NCBI GenBank assembly: GCA_964442785.1
Contig: CAYTZW010000004.1
Coordinates: 1 to 51,722, forward strand
DNA length: 51,722 bases
Reading direction: 5' to 3'
From: an uncultured Erysipelotrichaceae bacterium
GTDB lineage: Bacteria; Bacillota_I; Bacilli_A; RFN20; DUOF01
This document shows positions 30,959 to 39,636 of this stretch, one piece after another. The position numbers and the translations under genes are program-made. Positions within the stretch are counted from its first letter, which is position 1. Every line of letters begins with the position of its first letter. Under the pieces are notes generated by a model. That model saw only the letters and a program-made list of their open reading frames with translations, was not told the origin of the DNA and searched no databases.

Positions 30959-31381
30959 ATGACAGCAAATGAATATAAAAATTTAATGGACTTAATGGTT
31001 CAAATTAAGAATATTCAATTATCATCAGCAGTAAATAGCGTTCAATCTCACACTTTAGAACTATTGAAATGTTATATGGAATTTAACTGCAAATTTTTAG
31101 AAATAGATTTTAAAAAAATCACTTCTACCGAGGCCAATGCGTTATATAAAAATGCTTATTATTTAAAAACAATGATATCAGAAGGTATTTATTCTATTGC
31201 TTTCAATGAAGCAGCAGCATATTCTTCTACTACTGCTACTGATTGTAAATTAATACTTGAAGAATTAAAAGAAAACTTAAATAAAATAATTTCTAAGTTG
31301 GAAAACTGCCCTTATCTTTATTATCCTTTTAAAACAGAAAGACTAAAATTTGAAAATTCTTTAGACAATAATAAAAGATAA
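30959..31381 (+). CDS. Hypothetical helical protein
   Basis: 140-aa ORF 2 nt after the previous stop, followed by a terminator. Confidence 0.75.
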   Translation: MTANEYKNLMDLMVQIKNIQLSSAVNSVQSHTLELLKCYMEFNCKFLEIDFKKITSTEANALYKNAYYLKTMISEGIYSIAFNEAAAYSSTTATDCKLILEELKENLNKIISKLENCPYLYYPFKTERLKFENSLDNNKR

Positions 31382-31382
31382 T

Positions 31383-31414
31383 TAAAAAGTGCTAAATTTG
31401 GCACTTTTTATTTT
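31383..31414. terminator. Bidirectional terminator
   Basis: TAAAAAGTGCTA-aat-TTGGCACTTTTTA between convergent genes. Confidence 0.8.
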
Positions 31415-31439
31415 ATAAAAACTTATCTTATCTAATAAT

Positions 31440-31928
31440 TTAGAGTTTTTTAAATAAGGATAACATTCTATTTTGATATCCTTGTTTATAGTAAAAACTT
31501 TTAGCGGTTTCATTTGGAGCAAAAACTTCGATTTGAACATACTTACAGCCTATTGATATAAAATATTTTTCTAAAGTGTCTAACAAACTAGTTCCTATTC
31601 CTTTACTTCTAGCATTTTTACTAACTACAAGTTCTGCGACAAGAGCTTTTTTAGGACAAGCATAATCCAGTTTATCTCTTTTATCATAACTTTGAACAAA
31701 TCCTGCAATCATTCCAATAACCTTTTCATTTTCTATTGCCACATAAACTTTTCCTTCATTTTTCTTACAATCTTCTATCATATATTCAAAATACTTTTCT
31801 CGATATTCTTTTGAAATAATATTCAATTTAAAGTTATCAATTTCAACTATGTATTCTTGTAATTCTACAAGTAAGTCTTTTACTTCTTCATAATATCTTT
31901 CATTTATTTCTTTTATTTCCATTTTCAT
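31440..31928 (-). CDS. GNAT family N-acetyltransferase
   Basis: LVVSKNARSKGIG acetyl-CoA motif, N..A..FY.KQGY. Confidence 0.92.
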   Translation of the reverse strand: MKMEIKEINERYYEEVKDLLVELQEYIVEIDNFKLNIISKEYREKYFEYMIEDCKKNEGKVYVAIENEKVIGMIAGFVQSYDKRDKLDYACPKKALVAELVVSKNARSKGIGTSLLDTLEKYFISIGCKYVQIEVFAPNETAKSFYYKQGYQNRMLSLFKKL

Positions 31929-31993
31929 ACTTCCTTTTTTCTAATAAAAAGATAAAAAGTGCTAAAATATATTATTTCAGCACTGATAAAACA

Positions 31994-32713
31994 TTAGATT
32001 TCTTTTATTTTATTTTCCATTAAATCGTGAACTTGTTGAGAAAGTTCAATACTTGTCAATTCTTGATATTCATTAGGTTTTATAGCTTTTAAAACTTCTA
32101 TCTTAATTAAATAGTTTTTCTTAATTGAAGAACTTAAAATATCTTTACTTCCTTTTATAACAATAGGAGCAATAGTACTATTTGTGTCCATAGCGGTTTT
32201 AAAAGTTCCAGCTTTAAAATCTAATAATGAGTATGAATTGCTTTTGTTACGTGTTCCTTCTGGAAAAATAGCTACACATTGATTTTCATTCAATAAGTTT
32301 TTGGCAGTATTAATTACTGTTAAAGATTGTCTTAAATTATTTCTATCTAGGAATAAAACATCAATTAAGCGACAAAATTTTCCAATAAAAGGTTGTGAAG
32401 CCGTTTCTTGTTTAGCTACAAAAATAATAGGTTTGTCGACAATTAAGGCTAATATTAAAGCATCTGTATATGAATTATGATTTGGAACAATTAATACTTT
32501 ATCTTCTCCTTCAATATTTTCTAATCCTGTAACTTCAATTTTAACTTTTAGTAAAGACATCAAAGTATTTATTTTTTTTCTAGCGTAGTTATATCTATAT
32601 TCAAAAGAATATTTATCTTTATGTTTTATTAATTTGTTTATCTTGGGATAAGTAAACATTAAATAAATTCCACAGAACAAATATGACCTGAAAAATTTAA
32701 TGATATGGCCCAT
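31994..32713 (-). CDS. plsC: 1-acyl-sn-glycerol-3-phosphate acyltransferase
   Basis: NHNSYTD, FLDR, FPEGTR motifs. Confidence 0.9.
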   Translation of the reverse strand: MGHIIKFFRSYLFCGIYLMFTYPKINKLIKHKDKYSFEYRYNYARKKINTLMSLLKVKIEVTGLENIEGEDKVLIVPNHNSYTDALILALIVDKPIIFVAKQETASQPFIGKFCRLIDVLFLDRNNLRQSLTVINTAKNLLNENQCVAIFPEGTRNKSNSYSLLDFKAGTFKTAMDTNSTIAPIVIKGSKDILSSSIKKNYLIKIEVLKAIKPNEYQELTSIELSQQVHDLMENKIKEI

Positions 32714-32759
32714 ATAAAATCACTCCTATAGCATATACATTCTAACAAAAAGTTATCAA

Positions 32760-33044
32760 TTATGCACTTATTTTTTTATTTGTCCGCTGAATTAAAGAAA
32801 ATTCATCAACTTTTATAACAAAATCATTAGCTTTTTTTACTATTTTTCCTTTAATCAAAATAACATCGTCCTTATTAATGTATGCACTAAGATAAGAATA
32901 CATACCTTTCCAAGTTTCACAAACAAAGTAATCTTCCTCTAAACTTTCTTCTTTACAAGTTCTGTTAACTTTTAAAACAAAAGAGTTATTAACAACATCA
33001 ACATCACATACCTTTCCTACTAAAATTATCAAATTATTCATCAT
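32760..33044 (-). CDS. Short single-stranded DNA-binding protein (SsbB-like, no acidic tail)
   Basis: NNLIILVGK, DYFVCETW, ILIKGKI OB-fold pattern. Confidence 0.75.
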   Translation of the reverse strand: MMNNLIILVGKVCDVDVVNNSFVLKVNRTCKEESLEEDYFVCETWKGMYSYLSAYINKDDVILIKGKIVKKANDFVIKVDEFSLIQRTNKKISA

Positions 33045-33156
33045 TTCACCTCAAATATTATTTTAATATAATTTTAAAGAAAATTGGTCTCAACTTTTTC
33101 TTAAAATTTTCTTATATAATTCTTAAAAATGTCCATATTAAACTAAGGTGAGAAAA

Positions 33157-34236
33157 ATGGAAAAACTTAGTAGAAATACCTTTCATTATTTGCTTTTTTT
33201 CTTTTTAAGCTATTATTTTTTTATCAATAGAGTTGTTTTAACTAGGCTTTACTCTTTATATGGAGATAAATGTTACTATGGAATAGTTATTATTAATATT
33301 TTACTTCCTTTACTTTTCTTTTTAAGTAAACCTTTAAATTATGTTAGAAAACGAACTTTAACTTTATTAGCTAGCAAAAGTTATAATATGACCTTATTGT
33401 TTTTAATCAAAATAATGGTTTCCGTTTATCTTATCTTTACTGCAACAATGACTTTACAGATAACAAGTTCCGTATTAGTAACCTTTTATTACAATACTTT
33501 TTCTTTGATTTTTTTAATATTTTCACTTCTTTTAACCGTTTTTTATGTATCCCGAAAAGGACTAATTACTTCAAATGCTCTATCGATAATAATTTTATTT
33601 TATTGTTTGTTTATAAATATTTTTTATATTTTCACAGGAACTAAAATTAGATTTTTCAACTTAATAGGAATTCAATCTAATTTTATTGAAAATCTAAAAA
33701 TTGTTTTAATGTTACTTTTTTATCTTTTTGAATTTGCTCTTTTATTTTTAGTTTCTGATAATATAACGGACAAAATAAACAAAAAAACTTTATTTCTTTT
33801 CATCAGTATTTTTTCCTTATTTGGAATTTATGAAGCAACCGTATTAACAGGAACATTCGGTAACTTATTAACGATAATTCCTTATCCTTACTATGAAAGT
33901 TGGAAAATTGCTGGAATTGAAAGAGTAGCTGAAAATTTAGGCTTTTTACCTTTTATTTACATCTATTTCCTTTGCTTCCAAAGATTATCTTTTTCAACTC
34001 ATATCTTCAATAAAATATGGGCAAATACAAGAAAAATAATAACCTTGGTATTTTTAACAATAATAGGTTTATTTTCTTATCTTTTAGTTTCTAATTACAG
34101 CATTTATATAGATATAATAGATGACCTATTTGACTGTTCTTTAATTCTTATTATCGTTATTTCCTTTTTGTTATTTTTTATCATAAAGAAAGGCAGGAAA
34201 AGAGAAAATGAAGGTATCCGTAGCACAATTAATTAA
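33157..34236 (+). CDS. Spore germination receptor B subunit (GerAB-like)
   Basis: About 10 TM helices, FG...YPY...IERVAE pattern; operon with A and C subunits. Confidence 0.7.
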   Translation: MEKLSRNTFHYLLFFFLSYYFFINRVVLTRLYSLYGDKCYYGIVIINILLPLLFFLSKPLNYVRKRTLTLLASKSYNMTLLFLIKIMVSVYLIFTATMTLQITSSVLVTFYYNTFSLIFLIFSLLLTVFYVSRKGLITSNALSIIILFYCLFINIFYIFTGTKIRFFNLIGIQSNFIENLKIVLMLLFYLFEFALLFLVSDNITDKINKKTLFLFISIFSLFGIYEATVLTGTFGNLLTIIPYPYYESWKIAGIERVAENLGFLPFIYIYFLCFQRLSFSTHIFNKIWANTRKIITLVFLTIIGLFSYLLVSNYSIYIDIIDDLFDCSLILIIVISFLLFFIIKKGRKRENEGIRSTIN

Positions 34237-35560
34237 GTATTATCAGCCAAATAATGCCATTAAAATCAAAACAATTATTGTAGGAAAGAAAAAAGTACTC
34301 GTTTTTTATATAGAATCACTAATTGATATTGTCGAACTAGAAAAAGAATTTCTCCCTAAATTAGAAACTTTTATTCTAAACAAAACTTTTCCAAATATTC
34401 TTTCCCTAGAAAAGATTGAAAATATCACCTATGCGAAAATAGATGAAAAACTGTATTCTGGTTATATTTGTATGACAATAAATAATCAAATATGGACTTT
34501 TAAATTAGCTAAAATTCCTAAAAGAGTTCCTGCTCCTTCCGTAAATGATATTACCACCGTTGGAGTACAAGATTGTTTTGTCGAAAATATTGATACCAAT
34601 GTTGGTTTACTAATGTACCGCTATAAAAATAATAATTTAAGGATTTATGAAACCACAATAGGAACTCAAACACAAACAAGGTGCAATGTTTTATATTTAG
34701 AAGGTAGAATTGAAAATCATTTATTAGAGGAAATAAAAAGTAGACTTACCAAACTAAAACTGGAAAGTGCTACTAATATTTCTTGTATCAGCAATGAACT
34801 AACAAAAACAAAACACAATTCTATATTTCCTCTTATAAATACCATTTTCAAACCTGATTATTGCTTAAATTCTTTAGAAAAAGGAAAATTTGTTATTTTC
34901 ATAGATGGTTTACCCACTGCTTTGGTAGGCCCTACTACTTTAGAATCTATCATTTCAATTCATTATTCAATGCAAGAAAATAAATACACTTACTTTTTTG
35001 AAAAAGTTTTAACTTATATTTGCTTATTTATTGCTGTTTTCTTAGGTGGACTTATTGTATCAATAGTTAGTTACCACCCTGATTTTTTACCATATTTATT
35101 ACTAACTAATATTTATGGTGGAAGTAAAGGTGTTTTCTTACCTTTTGCTATTCAAATGCCTATTGCAGAACTATGTTTTCAAATGTTCCGTTTAGCAGGA
35201 AGCAAATTACCTTCTCATTTAGGAAGTACTATTATAATTCTAGGTAGTTTAGTAGTTTCCCGAATTGGAGTAGAAACTGGATTATTTTCTCCTTTTGTTC
35301 TAATTAGCATTTCTCTTATTTTAATATGCAATTATGCAATTTCTAACAACAATAGTTTTAATGTAGGATTTACTTTATCAAGGTTATTAATAGGCTTTGC
35401 TTCTCTTTTTTGGGGTTTAACAGGTTTTGCATTTTCATCATTAATTGTCCTTATTTATCTTGCAAGTTTAGATTCATTTGGAGTTCCTTATTTGTATCCT
35501 TTTGCTCCTTTAAATATTTTCAAAAAGAAAGAAGGAATTAAAAATGAAAAAAATATTTAA
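34208..35560 (+). CDS. Spore germination receptor A subunit (GerAA-like)
   Basis: QDCFVENIDTN, GTQTQT, DGLP, SYHPDFLP, LASLDSFGVPYLYPFAP. Confidence 0.9.
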   Translation: MKVSVAQLIKYYQPNNAIKIKTIIVGKKKVLVFYIESLIDIVELEKEFLPKLETFILNKTFPNILSLEKIENITYAKIDEKLYSGYICMTINNQIWTFKLAKIPKRVPAPSVNDITTVGVQDCFVENIDTNVGLLMYRYKNNNLRIYETTIGTQTQTRCNVLYLEGRIENHLLEEIKSRLTKLKLESATNISCISNELTKTKHNSIFPLINTIFKPDYCLNSLEKGKFVIFIDGLPTALVGPTTLESIISIHYSMQENKYTYFFEKVLTYICLFIAVFLGGLIVSIVSYHPDFLPYLLLTNIYGGSKGVFLPFAIQMPIAELCFQMFRLAGSKLPSHLGSTIIILGSLVVSRIGVETGLFSPFVLISISLILICNYAISNNNSFNVGFTLSRLLIGFASLFWGLTGFAFSSLIVLIYLASLDSFGVPYLYPFAPLNIFKKKEGIKNEKNI

Positions 35561-36635
35561 TTTAATCATAATAAGTTTATTAACAACTGTTTTAAGTGGT
35601 TGTTTGAAATCAGTATCTTTCACTTCTTATTGGTTTCCAGATTCTATTGCTATTGATTACAAAAATGAACAATTTGAAATTACAACCTTAATAACTAATC
35701 CTTTAGCAAATGTTAATTTTGAAACAAGTTCTACCTTATTTCCTAATTTATTACTTATTAAAACAAATGGAAAAACTATCAATGAAGCTATCCAAAAATT
35801 AAGAATAGGAGAACAACAAAGTCTTTCTCCTGTCCATTTGAAAAGCCTTGTCTTAAGTCAAAACATCTTTAAAGAAACAAATATAAGTTACCAGCAAATA
35901 ATCCAAATGTTTATTCAAAATCCAAATCACAACTTAAAAATATGGGTGTATTTAACTGACAAGGAAATCGAAGATATCTATTCGGTTAAAACTTTTATGA
36001 ATGCTAGTCCTTATTTTTCTTCCCTGAATTTTCCAAGTTCTGAAGAAATGAATAGTCTGTGTGAACCTATAAATTTAATAACTTCCGCCAATAATCTTTT
36101 CAGTGGAAGAACTACCTATCTTCCTATGTTAAGCATTCAATCAGAAAGCATTAAACAAGAATCCATTGATGAAGATAAACTCGAAGAAAAGAAAATATAT
36201 GAAGTAAAAGAATTATGTTTTATTTCTTTAAATAAAGAATTTAAATGTTTTTCAAAAGATAAAATAGAAGGTTTTAAATGGCTTCAAAAAATAAGTGATA
36301 TAGATGATAATGTAGACAATCTCAGTTATGGAGTGAAAAAGGTATCTTCAACCACGAAATATCAAGAAGAAAAAATGCTTTATAAATTAAAAGTATCGGT
36401 TTTAATATATGATAATATAGACAAATTAAATCAAGAACAAATAAAAGAAAAAATAGAAGACAAAATATTAAAACAATTACAAACTTTAAGTGATATTTCA
36501 TATCAAAATAACCTCGATATTTTTAATGTCAAAGACCATTATAAAAGGTATTATAAAAAAGAGATAAAAATAGAAGAAAACACAATTAATTTTGAAATAG
36601 ATGTAAATATTCTCACTCAAAGTATTTTTGATTGA
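35544..36635 (+). CDS. Spore germination receptor C subunit lipoprotein (GerAC-like)
   Basis: Lipobox VLSGC, IAIDY, GKTINEA, C-terminal LDIF. Confidence 0.85.
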   Translation: MKKIFNLIIISLLTTVLSGCLKSVSFTSYWFPDSIAIDYKNEQFEITTLITNPLANVNFETSSTLFPNLLLIKTNGKTINEAIQKLRIGEQQSLSPVHLKSLVLSQNIFKETNISYQQIIQMFIQNPNHNLKIWVYLTDKEIEDIYSVKTFMNASPYFSSLNFPSSEEMNSLCEPINLITSANNLFSGRTTYLPMLSIQSESIKQESIDEDKLEEKKIYEVKELCFISLNKEFKCFSKDKIEGFKWLQKISDIDDNVDNLSYGVKKVSSTTKYQEEKMLYKLKVSVLIYDNIDKLNQEQIKEKIEDKILKQLQTLSDISYQNNLDIFNVKDHYKRYYKKEIKIEENTINFEIDVNILTQSIFD

Positions 36636-36660
36636 TAACTTTTGCTTATGTTGTTATAAT
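36632..36660 (+). promoter_or_regulatory. sigma-A promoter
   Basis: TTGATA-17-TATAAT with extended -10 TG. Confidence 0.7.
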
Positions 36661-36682
36661 TTTTATTAAGAGGAGCTGTACT

Positions 36683-37642
36683 ATGGAAAATACTGAATAC
36701 GATATAAATCTTAGTTTAGATTTAGAAAAATTAAGCAAATTCATTTGCAAACAATATAAGTTAAAAGAATATCAAAGTAGTAACCTTATTTACGAAGATT
36801 ATAATAATTGTTCTTTTGCTATTAATTGTGAAAATAAAAAATATTTTGTTAGAGTTTTTAATCAACATAAAGGTGAAAAAGAAATACAAAGTTTCATTGA
36901 AAAATATCGCATTATTCAATCTTCTTTAAAGAAAAATCCAAAAATTTTAAAACAAAAAAACAAAGAAATTTTAAAAATAATTTTGGATAATAATGAAAAA
37001 ATATATGTTATGGTTATGGACTATGTAGAAGGAAATTCCTTGTTACAAGAAGAAGTTAAAATAACCAAAGAAGATATTGATTTAATCGTGGCTTCCCTCA
37101 ATGAATTGAAAACTATTGATTACAAAGAAGAAGTTAAAAATATTTCTTTTCCTAATTTAAAAAATAATCTTAAAAAATATAATGAAATAATTCCTAATAA
37201 ATGGAATGAAGACATTGCTATGTGTTTAGATAAAATAAAAAGACTAAATAACAAAGAAATGAAAAAACAACTAATCCACGGAGATTTACACTTAGGACAT
37301 ATTATTAGAAACAATAATAAAGCAACCTTAGTAGATTTTGATAACTTTGGAGTTAGTTATCGTTTAATCGATGTCGTTAAGGTAATTAACAATGTTATCT
37401 TTACCTTAAAAGACAAAAAACTTGCTAATGAGTTATATGAATATTTCTTAGAAGTATATCAAAAAGAAAATCCATTAACAAAAACAGAATTAAACAACCT
37501 AAATGTTTTAGTTATCGCGGATTGTTACAACAATTTATGTTTAAATCGTTTTTTAATGAATAACAACAAGAAAAACAAATCACTTAAGTATTGGTATAAA
37601 AATGATTTAAGAGTAATTAAAATTTTTAAAAAGAAAATATAA
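36683..37642 (+). CDS. APH/choline-kinase-like phosphotransferase
   Basis: IHGDLHLGH and VDFDN motifs; ATG 36683 after GAGGAG (track start overlaps the promoter). Confidence 0.82.
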   Translation: MENTEYDINLSLDLEKLSKFICKQYKLKEYQSSNLIYEDYNNCSFAINCENKKYFVRVFNQHKGEKEIQSFIEKYRIIQSSLKKNPKILKQKNKEILKIILDNNEKIYVMVMDYVEGNSLLQEEVKITKEDIDLIVASLNELKTIDYKEEVKNISFPNLKNNLKKYNEIIPNKWNEDIAMCLDKIKRLNNKEMKKQLIHGDLHLGHIIRNNNKATLVDFDNFGVSYRLIDVVKVINNVIFTLKDKKLANELYEYFLEVYQKENPLTKTELNNLNVLVIADCYNNLCLNRFLMNNNKKNKSLKYWYKNDLRVIKIFKKKI

Positions 37643-37682
37643 CATTTTTCACCTAAAAGCATAATATGTATTAGGTGAAAAA

Positions 37683-38603
37683 ATGCAAAATATTCTAATT
37701 TTAGGTGGTGGACACGGTTTGTCTGCTGTTGTCGAAGCTTTAAAGGAAGAAAAAGATTATAATCTAACTGCTTTAGTATCTACATCTGATAGTGGGGGAC
37801 ATACAGGAAAACTAATCGAAGAATTTAATGTTCCTGCTCTTGGAGATATTCGAAGAAATTTTACTTCATCATTAGATAGTTTTCCCTTACTAAAAGAAAT
37901 GTTTGATTATCGTTTTGATAGTTTACACAAAGAAAAAAATGTTAGTTTAGGAAATTTAATGTTGCTTTCTCTATTAGAAAAATATTCTTTAGAAGAAACA
38001 ATGATAAAACTAAAAAAAGAATTTCAAAGTAATATTTTAATATTGCCTTTATATAACAAATACATTGACCTTTGGGCTAGATATCAAGATAACACGGTAG
38101 AAAAAAAAGAACATTTGCTTCCTAAAAAAGACAAAAAGATAAAAGATGTATTTTATCAAGAAAAGGTATCTTTAACAAATAATATTATTAATAGTCTAAA
38201 AAAGGCCAACGCTATCATTATTGGACCTGGAAGTTTATATACAAGTGTAGGTGCGGTTCTAGCAGACACCACTGTCCAACAACTAGTTAAGAAAAGCCAA
38301 GCAAAAATCATTTATATATGCAACATAATGACCGAACCAAATGAAACGGATAATTATGATGTTTTAAGCCACTTGAATTTTATTGAAAAGAAAATAGGTA
38401 AAGTAGATTATGTAATCGCTAACAAAAAGGAATTATCTTTAAAACAAAAAGAAAAATATGCTAAAAAAAATTCTTTTCCAGTGAAATATAATGAAAATAA
38501 AAGAATTATTTATAAAGATTTGTTAGATACTAAACAAGAATATGTAAGACATAATTCTAAAAAGCTAAAAAAAATATTAAGACACATTATAGACAAAAAC
38601 TAA
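37683..38603 (+). CDS. yvcK: YvcK/GlmR family (CofD-like) protein
   Basis: GGGHGL, DSGG, GPGSLYTS, NIMTEPNET, RH motifs. Confidence 0.9.
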   Translation: MQNILILGGGHGLSAVVEALKEEKDYNLTALVSTSDSGGHTGKLIEEFNVPALGDIRRNFTSSLDSFPLLKEMFDYRFDSLHKEKNVSLGNLMLLSLLEKYSLEETMIKLKKEFQSNILILPLYNKYIDLWARYQDNTVEKKEHLLPKKDKKIKDVFYQEKVSLTNNIINSLKKANAIIIGPGSLYTSVGAVLADTTVQQLVKKSQAKIIYICNIMTEPNETDNYDVLSHLNFIEKKIGKVDYVIANKKELSLKQKEKYAKKNSFPVKYNENKRIIYKDLLDTKQEYVRHNSKKLKKILRHIIDKN

Positions 38604-38666
38604 CTTTTTAAAACCTTTTCTTTACTTTTAATAAAAAACAAGTTATTATATAAAAGCATTAGTTAT

Positions 38667-38744
38667 GGCGGTTGTGGTGAAGGGGTTAACACATCTGGCT
38701 GTGAACCAGACACTTCGTGAGTTCGAGTCTCATCAATCGCCCCA
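38667..38744 (+). tRNA. tRNA-His (GTG)
   Basis: G-1, acceptor GCGGTTG/CAATCGC, anticodon arm TCTGG-CTGTGAA-CCAGA, T loop TTCGAGT, discriminator C, encoded CCA; TTTACT-17-TATTAT promoter upstream. Confidence 0.97.
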
Positions 38745-38755
38745 TTTTGTAAATA

Positions 38756-38780
38756 GCCTCTTATTTTATAAGAGGTTTTT
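38756..38780 (+). terminator. Terminator after tRNA-His
   Basis: GCCTCTTAT-tt-TATAAGAGGT followed by T tract. Confidence 0.8.
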
Positions 38781-38800
38781 ATATTTTTTGCTAAGTCTTG

Positions 38801-38821
38801 GGAACATTTCAGGAACATTTT
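38801..38821. repeat. GGAACATTT direct repeat pair
   Basis: GGGAACATTTC-AGGAACATTTT; GGAACAT recurs inverted near 38901 and direct near 39096. Confidence 0.6.
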
Positions 38822-38980
38822 TACATTTAATATTTTTTTGCTCTCAGCAAACAAATGATTTTGCCTAATTTAAGTGGCGTAACAAAAGATGTAATTAAAA
38901 ATGTTCCTATTGATAAAATTCATAATATAGGTTGTCATTCAATTAAAAAAAGACACCATTTCTACATAAAAAAGTTTATG

Positions 38981-39029
38981 AAAAAAAACTAGGCGATTGA
39001 CCTAGTTTCTGCAGATTTCTCTGCTTGAT
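38981..39029 (-). ncRNA. Candidate ~50-nt small RNA or orphan attenuator
   Basis: TTGATT-17-TATACT promoter (39064-39036), GCAGA-GAAA-TCTGC hairpin, AAACTAGG/CCTAGTTT terminator with T8. Confidence 0.5.
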
Positions 39030-39120
39030 AAACATAGTATATGCAATAATTATTAAAAAATCAATACCTGAAATTTAATTGTAGACATTTTAGCGGGAAC
39101 ATCTATATAAAAAAACATCT

Positions 39121-39633
39121 TTAAAAACAATCTTTGTCTATATCAAAACCAATCGGAGAACAACTTGGCACCAAAGGAAATGGCAAATGCTCACTTGGCT
39201 GCATTTTAAACGCTAGACTGATAAAAGCAGTTATATTAACACCACTTGTTACGCAAATGACTGTATCGTTATCGTCATATTTATTCACAATATCTTTAAT
39301 AGCATCTCTTATTCTAATTTGACAATCAATCCAACTTTCAGTTTTTGTTATACTTTTTTCCTTTTGTAAAACTTGAAAAACTTTACTAAATTCATTAAAT
39401 CTTGGTTCTTCATAAATTGGCAAATTCAAATGCTTGTTTATAATTTCTGCAGTCTTTTTACACCTATAATATGGAGAAGTATAAATCGCTTTAAACTTTG
39501 AATGAACGGACATTATTTTCAATAACTCCGCTGTAATTTCGGCATCTTTTACTCCAAGTGGCAAAATATCATCTTCTTGACTTGGAGGATTTCCTAAATC
39601 TCTTAAAGCGTGATGAACATAAATTATTTTCAT
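39121..39633 (-). CDS. Histidine phosphatase (phosphoglycerate mutase) family protein with atypical active site
   Basis: IIYVHHA, YTSPYYRCKKTA, RFNE, ES motifs. Confidence 0.85.
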   Translation of the reverse strand: MKIIYVHHALRDLGNPPSQEDDILPLGVKDAEITAELLKIMSVHSKFKAIYTSPYYRCKKTAEIINKHLNLPIYEEPRFNEFSKVFQVLQKEKSITKTESWIDCQIRIRDAIKDIVNKYDDNDTVICVTSGVNITAFISLAFKMQPSEHLPFPLVPSCSPIGFDIDKDCF

Positions 39634-39636
39634 ATA

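Noticed and set aside
31958-31984. CIRCE-like half sites (AGTGCTAA ... CAGCACT)
   Set aside because: Orientation is opposite to CIRCE (TTAGCACTC-N9-GAGTGCTAA); fits a terminator after plsC.
38663-38868. Two small ORFs, 38663..38854 and 38665..38868
   Set aside because: Both overlap the tRNA-His gene.
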